NCBI GenBank assembly: GCA_963832165.1
Contig: CAWHTE010000004.1
Coordinates: forward strand, 320,001-384,000
Length of the DNA: 64,000 nt
Reading direction: 5' to 3'
DNA from: an uncultured delta proteobacterium
GTDB lineage: Bacteria; Myxococcota_A; UBA9160; SMWR01
A program made the translations under genes and the position numbers. Each line of letters opens with the position of its first letter. Positions within the stretch are counted from its first letter, which is position 1. The notes under the pieces are model-generated. The model worked only from the letters and a program-made list of their open reading frames with translations. It did not search any database and was not told where the DNA came from. Of this stretch, positions 9,805-19,439 are shown one piece after another.

Positions 9805-10037
9805 CCGGTGTCCGTTGCCTGGGCCGGGCGGATGTTTGTCGCTCCGGCCCGGGCTTCGGCAGTGAACGTCAGCCGCGCAGGGTTCGAGCCGGTGACCGAC
9901 GGGTCGTTCGCACCCCCCGCTTGCCTGCGCCCGTGCCTGCGCGACTAAATCATCCGCCCGGCCTAGGTCAGTGAGAGGCTCACGCTTCCAGAGCGTAAGG
10001 GTGGCTTGCTGCGGCAAGCCAACCGCCCCGGCCGCAC
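9805..10037. repeat. Structured intergenic repeat element, copy 1 (short form)
   Basis: 9805-9830 is identical to 18541-18566 (26 bp); stem 9818-9834/9951-9967; downstream hairpin motifs shared with copy 2. Confidence 0.7.
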
Positions 10038-10052
10038 TTCATTGAGAGCCGC

Positions 10053-10634
10053 CTACGCGGCACCTCGCGCATCCCAGCCGCGGCGCAGCGCGCGGAGGAT
10101 GGACGGGTAGACGATCCAGTGCCGGAACGGGTCGATCGCCATCATGTACGCGCGCGTGATCGCGCCGACCGGACGCACGTAGATCGCCCAGTAGAAGCGG
10201 TAGCCGCCGGGCCGCGGCACGAGCGCCTGTACAGACCACGCCGCGACGGTCGCGTTCTCGATCTCCGACACGGCCTCGCGCGCGAACACGTAGACGACGC
10301 GGAACGGGCCGTCGCGCGTGCCGGGCGCCACCTCGGACGCGGCGCGATCCGCGTCGCCGAGCGCGGGCAGCAGGCTGTGAGGCGAAGCGCTCGGCGCGAC
10401 GGGCCGCTCGCGATCCCAGCCCAGCACGCGCCCGATCGCGAGCCGCAGCGCGAACAGCGCGCGCGTCGCGCGGTTCGCGGCCCCGAGGTCGACCAATGCG
10501 CGCACGTCGGCGATCCGACGGTCGGTGCCGCCGCCGGGCAGATCGAGCGCCCACACGTCGTGCAGCGGCACGTCCGCGAGCAGCGCGTGCGCGCGGAGAT
10601 CGAGCCGCCGGTACTCGGCGGGGTCGATCCGCAC
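10053..10634 (-). CDS. DUF2867-like hypothetical protein
   Basis: LLADVPLHDVW, EIENATV, YMMAIDPFRHWIVYP resemble the DUF2867 family. Confidence 0.6.
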   Translation of the reverse strand: MRIDPAEYRRLDLRAHALLADVPLHDVWALDLPGGGTDRRIADVRALVDLGAANRATRALFALRLAIGRVLGWDRERPVAPSASPHSLLPALGDADRAASEVAPGTRDGPFRVVYVFAREAVSEIENATVAAWSVQALVPRPGGYRFYWAIYVRPVGAITRAYMMAIDPFRHWIVYPSILRALRRGWDARGAA

Positions 10635-10643
10635 GCGGGCGCG

Positions 10644-13031
10644 CTACTTCGCCGGCTCGGGCGGCACTTCGAGTGCGCCGTCCGCGATCAGCCGATCGAT
10701 CGTCGCGTCGTCGAGTCGCAGCAGGTTTCGACAGATCTCGCGCGTGTGCTGGCCGTGGCGCGGCGCCTGCTTGATCACGAGGTCCTGCGTGCCCGTGGCG
10801 CGGAATGCCGGGCCCTCGAACGCCATCTTTCCGACGACCTGCTGGTCGATCCAGCGCACGTAGCCGCGCGCGAGGAAGTGCGGATCCTCGAGCTGATCGC
10901 TGCCCGTGAACACGGGACCACACGGGACGCCGTGGCCCTGCAGGAGCGCGGCGATCTCGTTCTTGTTGCGCTCGCGCGTCCACGCGCCGAGCTGCGCGTC
11001 GATCGCGTCGTGCGCGGCGCGGCGTCCGTCCACGTGCGCGAGCGCGGGGTCGGCCGCCCAGGCCGGGCTGCCGAGCGCGGTCACGAGGTTGCGCCAGTCG
11101 GCGTCGTCGCGGATCGAGATCACGCACCACTGCTGCTCGCCCGCGCACGGATACGCGCCAAAGGGCGCGCCGCGTTCGCTGCGATTGCCGCGCGGCTTCA
11201 CCGACCCGGGCTCGAGCCCCGCCTTCCAGAGCAGGTCGCCGAGGATCCCCGTCACCACCTCGACCTGCGCCACCTCGCCGTGCGCGCCCTCCTGCGTCTC
11301 TTCGCGCGAGTGGAGCAGCGCGAGCGCGTTGATCGCGGCGAGCCGGCCCGCGAGATGGTCGGGGAAGATCGACGTCGAGCCGGCCGGGGCTTCCTGATCG
11401 GAATAGCTCCAGAGATGGGAGAGGCCGCCGACCGGCTGCGTGCTCGGCCCGTAGCCGATCCAGTCGCTCCAGGCGCCGCGCGACCCGAGCAGCTGGCTGC
11501 TCACCATCACGCAGTAGGGATTCCATTTCTTGATCGTCTCCCAGCCGATCCCCATTCCCTGCATCGCGCCGGTCTTGCTGTTCTCGATCATCACGTCGCA
11601 CGCCTCGATCAGGCGCTTCACGATCGCGAAGCCCTCGGGCTTCTTGATGTTCACGCCGAAGCTGCGCTTGGAGCGCGACGACGACGCGTACGACGGCGAC
11701 AGCTCGGTGCTGAGCACGACGCGGATGAAGTCGGGGTAGGTCTGCGACTCGATCTTGATCACGTCGGCGCCGTACTCGGCAAACAGACGCCCGGCTTCCA
11801 CGCCGACGCCGCCGATCCCGAAGTCGAGCACGCGCAGGCCCGACAGCGGCAGCGACGGGTCGGGGCGCAGGTCGCTGGGTTGGGACTTCGGCATCACGCG
11901 CGTCTCGAGCACCTCGTCGGTGTGCTCTCCGAGCTGCGGCGCGCGGCGGCGCGGGCCCTGCCGCACACCGTCGATCTCGAAGAAGCCCGCCGCCATCGGT
12001 CCGGACACGCCCGGCACGACCTCCATGTCGACGAACGTCTTGCGCGAGAGCAGGTGCTCGTTCGCGAGCACTTCCTCGGGGCGCAGCACGGGCGTACACA
12101 CGATGCCGCGCCGCTGCGCTTCGGCGGAAACCTCCTCCATCGTCATCGTGCTGAAGTGCTCGGTGTAGAGCGGCATCAGGACGTCGGCGTTCTGGAGCCG
12201 CGCGATGAACGACTCGAAGAACGGGTCGGCGAACGCCTCGGGCTTGCCGAGCCATTCCCACATCGCGCGCCACTGGCGCGGCGAGAGCACCACCAGGCGC
12301 ACGTAGCCGCCCTTGCACGCGTAGATCGTGTAGAGCGGGCCCGAGCCCATGCGCACCTCGGTCGGGCGGATCCCCTGGCCGACCGAAACCGCGGCACTCG
12401 ACATCGACCAGTCGGTGGTCTGTGCGACCGCTTCGAGCACGGAGAAGTCGATGATCTGTCCGTAGCCCGAGCGCCGCTGCTCGCGCAGCGTCGCGAGCGT
12501 GGCGAACGTGGCCATGATTCCCGCGATGTCATACGCCATCGGAGAGGGCGCGATCAGCGGCGGCTTCGACGCGATGCCGGCCTTCCAGACCATGCCGCTC
12601 ATCGCTTCGAGCACGGCGTCGGTGCCGACCCAGTCGCGGTAGGGCCCGGTCTGTCCGAAATCGCTGATGCGCAGGATCAAGAGCTTCGGGTAGCGCTCGA
12701 TCAGATCCGCGAAATCGAAGCCGAGCGACTCGAGGTAGCCCGGCCCGAACGACTCGATCCAGACGTCGGCGCAGCGCAGCTGCGCGTGCAGCGCCTCGAC
12801 TCCGTACTCCGCCGTGAGATCGAGCGTGATCCCGCGCTTGCCCGCGTTTCGGAATGCGTAGTAGAGGCTCTCGCCCGCGTGGAACGGCGGTAGTCGCCGC
12901 GAGCGCGCTCCCTCGGGCGGCTCGACGCGGATCACGTCGGCGCCCAGGTCGGCGAGCAGGCGGCCGCACAGCTCGCCCTTCTCGTCGGCGAAATCGAGTA
13001 CGCGCAGGCCTCTGAGGGGTTGATCGGTCAT
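10644..13031 (-). CDS. CoA-transferase family III (CaiB/BaiF), tandem two-domain fusion
   Basis: Two copies of the PLxGLRVLDF...GADVI[RK][VI]E unit; APQLGEHT between the halves. Confidence 0.9.
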   Translation of the reverse strand: MTDQPLRGLRVLDFADEKGELCGRLLADLGADVIRVEPPEGARSRRLPPFHAGESLYYAFRNAGKRGITLDLTAEYGVEALHAQLRCADVWIESFGPGYLESLGFDFADLIERYPKLLILRISDFGQTGPYRDWVGTDAVLEAMSGMVWKAGIASKPPLIAPSPMAYDIAGIMATFATLATLREQRRSGYGQIIDFSVLEAVAQTTDWSMSSAAVSVGQGIRPTEVRMGSGPLYTIYACKGGYVRLVVLSPRQWRAMWEWLGKPEAFADPFFESFIARLQNADVLMPLYTEHFSTMTMEEVSAEAQRRGIVCTPVLRPEEVLANEHLLSRKTFVDMEVVPGVSGPMAAGFFEIDGVRQGPRRRAPQLGEHTDEVLETRVMPKSQPSDLRPDPSLPLSGLRVLDFGIGGVGVEAGRLFAEYGADVIKIESQTYPDFIRVVLSTELSPSYASSSRSKRSFGVNIKKPEGFAIVKRLIEACDVMIENSKTGAMQGMGIGWETIKKWNPYCVMVSSQLLGSRGAWSDWIGYGPSTQPVGGLSHLWSYSDQEAPAGSTSIFPDHLAGRLAAINALALLHSREETQEGAHGEVAQVEVVTGILGDLLWKAGLEPGSVKPRGNRSERGAPFGAYPCAGEQQWCVISIRDDADWRNLVTALGSPAWAADPALAHVDGRRAAHDAIDAQLGAWTRERNKNEIAALLQGHGVPCGPVFTGSDQLEDPHFLARGYVRWIDQQVVGKMAFEGPAFRATGTQDLVIKQAPRHGQHTREICRNLLRLDDATIDRLIADGALEVPPEPAK

Positions 13032-13089
13032 GGCTTTCCTCGCGCGAATGCGGGTCGGCGCAGTGTACGCCGATGGGGGTCGCGGCCGC

Positions 13090-13956
13090 TCACATGGGCG
13101 GCCGGTAGCGGATCATGCCTTCCTGCGCGCACGACGCCACGAGCCGCTCGTCGCGTGTGTAGAACGCGCCGCGCGCGAAGCCGCGCGCTCGGTCGGTGAT
13201 CGGGCTGTCCTGGTCGAAGTAGAGCCACTCGTCGGCGCGGAACGGACGGTGGAACCACATCGCGTGGTCGAGGCTCGCCGACCGGAAGCCCGGGGCGGCC
13301 ATCCCGATCGGGTGTGGCAGCACCGCGGAGACGAGCAGCGTGAAGTCCGACGCATAGGCGAGCAGCGCCTGGTGCAGGCTCACCTCATCGGGCAGCGCGC
13401 CCTTCGCGCGCATCCAGGTGCGCGTGCGCGGCGGGCGCGCAGTGCGGTCGAACAGGTGGAGCCCGCCGACCGAGCGCAGCTCGATCGGAAGGTCGAAGCG
13501 GCGGTCGTCGCGCTGGATCGCGGGCGCGTGGCGCTCGAGCTCGGCGCGGATCTCGTCTTCGTAAGGCAAGCCTTCCGGCTCACCCGGCAGCTCGATCGGA
13601 ATCTGGTGCGACAGGCCCTCCTCGGCCACACAGAACGATGCCTCGAAGTGGAAGATCGCCTCGCCGTGCTGGATCGCGATCACGCGCCGCGTCGAGTAGC
13701 TCTGTCCGTCGCGGATCCGATCGACCTGATACACGATCGGCACGGTCGGATCGCCCGGGCGCAGGAAGTAGCTGTGGAACGAGTGGGCGCTGCGACCCTC
13801 GACGGTGCGATAGGCCGCGATCAGCGCCTGCGCCATCACCTGGCCGCCGAAGATGCGATCGCGCCCGTTCTTCGGGCTCGTGCCGCGGAACCAGTTGCGC
13901 TCGAGCGTCTCGATGTCGAGCAGCTCGAGCAGCTGTTCCAGTTGTTGGCCGATCAC
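13090..13956 (-). CDS. tesB: Acyl-CoA thioesterase II
   Basis: RIFGGQVMAQAL, HSFHSYFLRPGD, LAYASD, SLDHAMWFHRP, SCAQEG. Confidence 0.9.
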   Translation of the reverse strand: MIGQQLEQLLELLDIETLERNWFRGTSPKNGRDRIFGGQVMAQALIAAYRTVEGRSAHSFHSYFLRPGDPTVPIVYQVDRIRDGQSYSTRRVIAIQHGEAIFHFEASFCVAEEGLSHQIPIELPGEPEGLPYEDEIRAELERHAPAIQRDDRRFDLPIELRSVGGLHLFDRTARPPRTRTWMRAKGALPDEVSLHQALLAYASDFTLLVSAVLPHPIGMAAPGFRSASLDHAMWFHRPFRADEWLYFDQDSPITDRARGFARGAFYTRDERLVASCAQEGMIRYRPPM

Positions 13957-14000
13957 GGGGGGTTCCTCGCAGGGGGGCGCGGCCCGTACACTAGCCGTTG

Positions 14001-15251
14001 ATGGCGATTCACATCGACGACCTCGGCAGACCGCGGCTGCCGCTCGCGCTCCGCGCGCTGAATGCGCTCGGCGGCCCGATCGCGCGTCGGGTCGTGTCCC
14101 TCGATCTGGACGCTCTGCTCGCGACGGCGCGCCAGCGCACGGGGCTAGCCGACTACGGCGACGCGAGCTTTCGCGAGCCGCTGGCCGTGCTGCTCGAGGC
14201 GTTCGAGCGCGACGCCGAGCTCTCCGCGCTGGGCCGGATCGCCTCGCGCGGTCTCGTGCTGCAGCTGCTCGCGAACCGGCTGCGCATCGAGGATCTGTTC
14301 CGGCGCCATCCCGAGATCGAGCGGGAGCGGATCGAGCGGCCGATCATCATCGCGGGGCTCCCGCGCACAGGCACCACGCATCTGCACAACCTGCTCTCGC
14401 AGGACCCCTCGCTGCGCTCGCTGCCGTACTGGGAGAGCCTCGAGCCGGTGCCCGACCCGCGTGAGCCCGAGGTGGGCGGCCGCGATCCGCGCGTCGCGCG
14501 CTGCGAGAAGGCGCTCGCGACCGTGCACCGCGTGATGCCGCTGTTCCCGCTCATGCACGAGATGACTGCCGACGCGCGGCACGAGGAGATCCAGCTGCTC
14601 GCGATCGAGTTCTCGACGATGCTGTTCGAGTCGAGCTACTTCGTGCCGAGCTATGCGGCGTGGTACAAGAAGAGCGATCAGCGGCCCGCCTACCGCTATC
14701 TGCGCCGCTGTCTCCAGGCGCTCCAATGGCTGCGTGGGCCGAAGCGCTGGGTACTCAAGAGCCCCCAGCACCTCGAGCAGCAGCGCGCGCTGATCGAGAT
14801 CTTCCCCGACGCGACGTTCGTCCAGACGCACCGCGACCCGCTCCGGATCACCGCGTCGCTGTGCACGATGATCGCGTATGGCAACCGCATGAACGCGCGG
14901 CGCGTCGATCCGGTGGCGGTCGGGCGCTACTGGGCTGCGCGCACCGAGGATCTGCTGCGCGGCTCGATCGAGGGGCGCGCGGCTCTGCCTCCCGCGCAGG
15001 TGATCGACGTGCATTTCAAGCAGTTCATGAAGGATGACGTCGCGACCGCGGAGCGCGTGCTCGAGTTCGCGGGGCAACCCGCGAGCGATGGCGCGCGCGC
15101 GGCGATCCGCGCGTTCATGGATGCGAACCCGCGCGGCAAGCACGGCACGATCGACTACCGGCTCGAGGACGTCGGGCTCGATGCGGCCGAGCGCCGCGCC
15201 GCGCTGCGCTTCTACTCCGAGCACTTCGGCGTCGAAGAGGAGCGCGCGTGA
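14001..15251 (+). CDS. Sulfotransferase family protein
   Basis: PAPS-binding PIIIAGLPRTGTTHLH, WVLKSPQH, FVQTHRDP. Confidence 0.88.
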   Translation: MAIHIDDLGRPRLPLALRALNALGGPIARRVVSLDLDALLATARQRTGLADYGDASFREPLAVLLEAFERDAELSALGRIASRGLVLQLLANRLRIEDLFRRHPEIERERIERPIIIAGLPRTGTTHLHNLLSQDPSLRSLPYWESLEPVPDPREPEVGGRDPRVARCEKALATVHRVMPLFPLMHEMTADARHEEIQLLAIEFSTMLFESSYFVPSYAAWYKKSDQRPAYRYLRRCLQALQWLRGPKRWVLKSPQHLEQQRALIEIFPDATFVQTHRDPLRITASLCTMIAYGNRMNARRVDPVAVGRYWAARTEDLLRGSIEGRAALPPAQVIDVHFKQFMKDDVATAERVLEFAGQPASDGARAAIRAFMDANPRGKHGTIDYRLEDVGLDAAERRAALRFYSEHFGVEEERA

Positions 15252-16063
15252 ACGGGCGTCTCGACGGCCGCGTCGCGCTCGTGACCGGCGGCGGCGGCGG
15301 GATCGGCCGCGCGGTGGCCGAGCGGCTCGCGCGCGAGGGCGCGCTGGTCGAGATCGCCGAGATCGACGCGGCGCGCGGTGACGACACGGCTGCGGCGATC
15401 GCACAGCAGGGCGGCGAGGCACACGCGGAGCGCATCGACGTGTGCGAGTCCGGCGAGGTCGGGCGTTGGATCGAGGGAGTGCTCGCGCGCCGCGCGCGCA
15501 TCGACGTGGTCGTGAACAACGTCGGGCACTATCTGCGCTCGCAGCCGTTCGCGGAGTCGGGTCCGGATCACTGGGCCGCGCTGCACCGGATCAACCTCGA
15601 GCACGTGTTCCACGTCACGCGCGCGGCGCTGCCGGCGCTGCGCGTCCACCGCGCGGGCTCGATCGTGAACGTGGCCTCGGTCGAGGGGCTGCGCGGCTAT
15701 CCGCCCGATCCGGTCTACGGAGCCTACAAGGCCGCGGTCGTGCACTTCAGCCGGTGTCTCGCTCTCGAGCTCGCGCCCGAGGTGCGCGTGAACGCGATCG
15801 CACCCGACCTCACGCAGTCGCTCCAGGTGGACTACGAGCGCTGGGTGCCCGCGGCCGAGCGCCACAAGTGGAGCTTGTGGGCGCCGCTGGGCCGGCCCGG
15901 CACCGGCGCCGATCAGGCCGACGTGGTGGCGTTCCTGGCCTCCGACGACGCGCGCTTCGTGACGGGGCAGGTGATCGCCACCGACGGCGGCTCGCTCGCG
16001 GCGGGCGGCTGGTTCCGCTCCGCGCGCGCAGGCCGCTGGGTGAACCGGCCGTTCGATCCGTGA
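15248..16063 (+). CDS. SDR family oxidoreductase
   Basis: TGGGGGIG, VVNNVG, YGAYK, VTGQVIATDGG. Confidence 0.9.
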   Translation: MNGRLDGRVALVTGGGGGIGRAVAERLAREGALVEIAEIDAARGDDTAAAIAQQGGEAHAERIDVCESGEVGRWIEGVLARRARIDVVVNNVGHYLRSQPFAESGPDHWAALHRINLEHVFHVTRAALPALRVHRAGSIVNVASVEGLRGYPPDPVYGAYKAAVVHFSRCLALELAPEVRVNAIAPDLTQSLQVDYERWVPAAERHKWSLWAPLGRPGTGADQADVVAFLASDDARFVTGQVIATDGGSLAAGGWFRSARAGRWVNRPFDP

Positions 16064-16104
16064 CTGCAAGTTTCGCGCAGCGAGCCGAAAGGCGAGCGAA
16101 GTCC

Positions 16105-17010
16105 ATGAGACTCGGTTGGATCGGCCTGGGCGTGATGGGCGCGTCGATGTGCGCGCACCTGCGCCGCGCGGGCCACGAGATGACCGTGTACACGCGCACG
16201 CCCGCGCGCGCGGACGGCGTGATCGGCGAGGGTGCGGTGTGGGCCGACTCGCCGCGCGCGGTGGCGGAGGCCTCCGACGTCGTGTTCACGATGGTCGGCT
16301 TTCCGCGCGACGTGCGAGAGGTCGCGCTCGGGGAGCGCGGCGCGCTCGCGGGCCTGCGCGCGGGAGGGATCTTCGTCGACATGACCACGAGCGAGCCCGC
16401 GCTCGCGGTCGACCTCGCGGCGGCCGCGCGCGCGCGCGGCGCGCACTCGCTCGATGCGCCCGTGTCGGGCGGCGACGTGGGCGCGCGCGAGGCGCGCCTC
16501 TCGATCATGGTCGGTGGTGACGCCGCGGCGTTCGCGACGGTGCGCCCGCTGTTCGAGCTTCTCGGCAAGACGATCGTGCACCACGGCGCGCCCGGAACCG
16601 GGCAGCACGCGAAGCTCGTCAACCAGACGCTGATCGCGTCCAACATGATCGGCGTGTGCGAGGGGCTGCTCTACGCGCATCGCGCGGGGCTCGACCCCGA
16701 GCGCGTGCTCGCGTCGGTGTCGGGCGGCGCCGCGGGCAGCTGGTCGCTCGTGAACCTCGCGCCGCGCATGCTCGCGGGCGATTTCGCTCCGGGCTTCTAC
16801 GTGGAGCACTTCGTGAAGGACATGGAGATCGCGCTGCGCGAGGCCGAGCGCATGAAGCTCGATCTGCCGGGCCTCGCGCTCGCGAAGCGGCTCTACGAGT
16901 CGCTCGCGCAGCGGGGCCACGCGCGCTCGGGCACCCAGGCGCTGATCCTCGCGGTCGCGGAGATCTCGCAGACCGAATGGTCACGGCTGCGCGACAAGAA
17001 ACATCAATGA
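16105..17010 (+). CDS. 3-hydroxyisobutyrate dehydrogenase-family NAD(P)-dependent oxidoreductase
   Basis: GWIGLGVMG, DAPVSGGDVGA, GQHAKLVNQ, FVKDMEIAL. Confidence 0.9.
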   Translation: MRLGWIGLGVMGASMCAHLRRAGHEMTVYTRTPARADGVIGEGAVWADSPRAVAEASDVVFTMVGFPRDVREVALGERGALAGLRAGGIFVDMTTSEPALAVDLAAAARARGAHSLDAPVSGGDVGAREARLSIMVGGDAAAFATVRPLFELLGKTIVHHGAPGTGQHAKLVNQTLIASNMIGVCEGLLYAHRAGLDPERVLASVSGGAAGSWSLVNLAPRMLAGDFAPGFYVEHFVKDMEIALREAERMKLDLPGLALAKRLYESLAQRGHARSGTQALILAVAEISQTEWSRLRDKKHQ

Positions 17011-17084
17011 ATAAAGCGGCTTAGTGCTGACTTCTGCATGTTTCTTGCGCATCTCGAGAAATCCACGCGCGCCTGTGGGAAAGA

Positions 17085-17101
17085 TCTGATGATCCGTCAG
17101 A
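17085..17101. promoter_or_regulatory. Candidate operator palindrome TCTGATG-ATC-CGTCAGA
   Basis: 6/7 inverted repeat in an AT-richer intergenic region upstream of the amidohydrolase. Confidence 0.3.
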
Positions 17102-17157
17102 AGTGGCGTATCCTGGCGGCGCATCTGGGCTGAGCCGTTGCCAGGAGGTTGGATTCC

Positions 17158-18525
17158 GTGAAGATCGACGACCTGATCCTCGTGAGCGTCGACGACCACG
17201 TCGTCGAGCCGCCTGACATGTGGCGGGACCATCTCCCCGCGCGCTGGAAGGACCGCGCGCCCCGGCTCGTGCACAAGCCCGACGGGACCGACGTCTGGGT
17301 GTTCGAGGGCCAGCAGATCCCCAACATCGGGCTCAACGCGGTCGCGGGCCGCCCGCCCGAGGAATACGGCATGGAGCCCACCGCGCTCTCCCAGCTGCGC
17401 GAGGGCAACTTCGACATCCACCGCCGCGTCGACGACATGAACGCCGCGGGCATCCTGGGCTCGATGTGCTTCGCGTCGATGACGGGCTTCTGCGGCGAGC
17501 TGTTCGCGCGCCAGCCCGACAAAGAGCTCGCGCGCGTGATGATCCAGGCCTACAACGACTGGCACATCGAGAACTGGTGCGGTTCCTACCCGGGCCGCTT
17601 CATCCCGCTCGCGCTGCCGATGCTCTGGGATCCGAAGCTGATGGCCGACGAGATCCGGCGCGTCGCGCGCAAGGGCTGTCACGCGATCTGTTTCGCCGAC
17701 AACCCGACCGGTCTCGGCTTTCCGAGCCTGCACAACGAGTTCTGGGAGCCGGTCTGGCAGGCCGCGTGCGAAGAGGGCACGGTGATCGCGATCCACATCG
17801 GGTCGGGCACCGGCATGAAGCTCCAGGACGTGCAGGCGCCCGTCGAGATCATGATCACGTCGTCGCCGATCAGCCTGTTCGGCTGCGCCGCGGAGCTCGT
17901 GTTCTCGAAGTTCCTGCGCGAGTACCCCGGGCTCAAGATCGCGCTCTCCGAGGGCGGGATCGGCTGGGTGCCTTACTTCCTCGAGCGCGCCGACTACGTC
18001 TACAAGCACCACCACCACTGGACGCACCAGGATTTCGGGGGTCAGCTGCCGAGCGATGTGTTCCGCGAGCACATCATCACGTGCTTCATCGACGATCCGA
18101 TCGGCGTGAAGAACCGCGCCGCGGTCGGGATCGACACGATCACCTGGGAGAGCGACTACCCGCACTCCGACACGACCTGGCCGCACGCGCCCGAGGCGCT
18201 CGCGAAGTCGCTCGAGGGCGTGCCGGATGAGGACGTACGCAAGATCACGCACGAGAACGCGATGCGTCACTTCCGCTACGACCCGTTCGCGCACATCCCC
18301 AAGGAGAAGTGCACGGTGGGCGCGCTGCGCGCACAGGCGAAGCACGTCGACCTGTCGCTCAAGTCGACGGGCGGCGCGCCGCCCGCGCCCGAAGACGCGC
18401 CGTTCGTGACGATCGGGCACATCATGAAGCAGCTCGCGCAGGCATTCGCGACGCCGTTCGAGGGCAGCGGGCCGAAACAGCAGATCGATCCGGCGGAGCT
18501 CAAGAAGCGCTGGGACCGGAGTTAG
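17158..18525 (+). CDS. Amidohydrolase family protein (Amidohydro_2)
   Basis: SVDDHVVEP, AYNDW, HIG, SEGGIGW, WESDYPHSD; AGGAGG RBS before GTG. Confidence 0.9.
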   Translation: MKIDDLILVSVDDHVVEPPDMWRDHLPARWKDRAPRLVHKPDGTDVWVFEGQQIPNIGLNAVAGRPPEEYGMEPTALSQLREGNFDIHRRVDDMNAAGILGSMCFASMTGFCGELFARQPDKELARVMIQAYNDWHIENWCGSYPGRFIPLALPMLWDPKLMADEIRRVARKGCHAICFADNPTGLGFPSLHNEFWEPVWQAACEEGTVIAIHIGSGTGMKLQDVQAPVEIMITSSPISLFGCAAELVFSKFLREYPGLKIALSEGGIGWVPYFLERADYVYKHHHHWTHQDFGGQLPSDVFREHIITCFIDDPIGVKNRAAVGIDTITWESDYPHSDTTWPHAPEALAKSLEGVPDEDVRKITHENAMRHFRYDPFAHIPKEKCTVGALRAQAKHVDLSLKSTGGAPPAPEDAPFVTIGHIMKQLAQAFATPFEGSGPKQQIDPAELKKRWDRS

Positions 18526-18540
18526 TTCACGCGTTTGGGG

Positions 18541-18994
18541 CCGGTGTCCGTTGCCTGGGCCGGGCGTTGATTCGCCGCGTCGGCTCGGTATCCGCCGTGT
18601 CCATTGCATGGGGCCGGGCGTTGATTCGCCGCGTCGGCGTTGTGGCTCCGTCGGCGTGCACGACGGTGCACCGGAGCACAACGGTTGCCGGCTCGGAGAC
18701 GCATATCCTCCAGGATCACCAACGCCTCCGGCGGCGAATTCAAGCGCCCGGCCTAGCGCATCGCGAGGTTCACGCCTCCGAGGCGTACGAGTTCGAGTGC
18801 CGGGGTGGTTGGCTTGCTGCGGCGAAGTAAAGCGGAGCCGGCCACGGGCCGTCGCAGGGCTCGTGGCAACTTGGTTGGACCGGCAACCTGAAAGCCTGAA
18901 GCCATCGCTGGCTTCGGACTCTTCGGGCGAGAGAGAACGTCACCCCCAGGCCGGCGAGCCATGAGCCGCAGCAAGCCAACCACTCCGGCCGCAC
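18541..18994. repeat. Structured intergenic repeat element, copy 2 (long form)
   Basis: Internal direct repeat 18544-18584/18597-18638; stem closing at about 18732-18754; 25-bp inverted repeat 18799-18823/18965-18989 (24/25). Confidence 0.7.
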
Positions 18995-19016
18995 ACCCCC
19001 TGTCCGCACGAAACGA

Positions 19017-19439
19017 TCAATGCGGCTCGAGCACCACGACGGGAATCTCGCGGTCGGTGCGGCCCTCGTACGCGCGGTAGTCGGGGTTCAGCGCAACGAT
19101 GCGTTGCCACAGCTGCGCGCGCTCGTCGCCGTGAGCCTCGTGCGACGCAACTGCGATCTGGCGCGCGCCCACCTGGACCGTGGCGCGCGGCTGCGCGCGC
19201 AGGTTGTGCACCCAGGCCGGATGGCGCGGCTCGCCCAGGAACGATCCGATCACCACGTACGCGCCCTCGGCGTCGAGATAGGTGAGGGCGGTGGTGCGCG
19301 ATACGCCGCTCTTCGCGCCCGTCGTCGTGAGCAGCAGCACGGGCATCCCGACCAGCTTGCCGAGCAGCCGCCCGCCGCTGATCCGGTACAGGAACGGGTG
19401 CAGCTTCCAGAACAGCTCGACGATCGGCGTCCTACGCAC
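19017..19439 (-). CDS. Nitroreductase-family deazaflavin (F420)-dependent oxidoreductase (DDN/FDOR-A)
   Basis: VLLLTTTGAKSG, HPAWVHNLRAQP, RTDREIPVVVLEP. Confidence 0.88.
   Translation of the reverse strand: MRRTPIVELFWKLHPFLYRISGGRLLGKLVGMPVLLLTTTGAKSGVSRTTALTYLDAEGAYVVIGSFLGEPRHPAWVHNLRAQPRATVQVGARQIAVASHEAHGDERAQLWQRIVALNPDYRAYEGRTDREIPVVVLEPH

Noticed and set aside
18526..19016. Short ORFs, tRNA or known riboswitch in this intergenic region
   Set aside because: The ORFs lack motifs and typical codon usage; no cloverleaf or recognisable riboswitch consensus by eye
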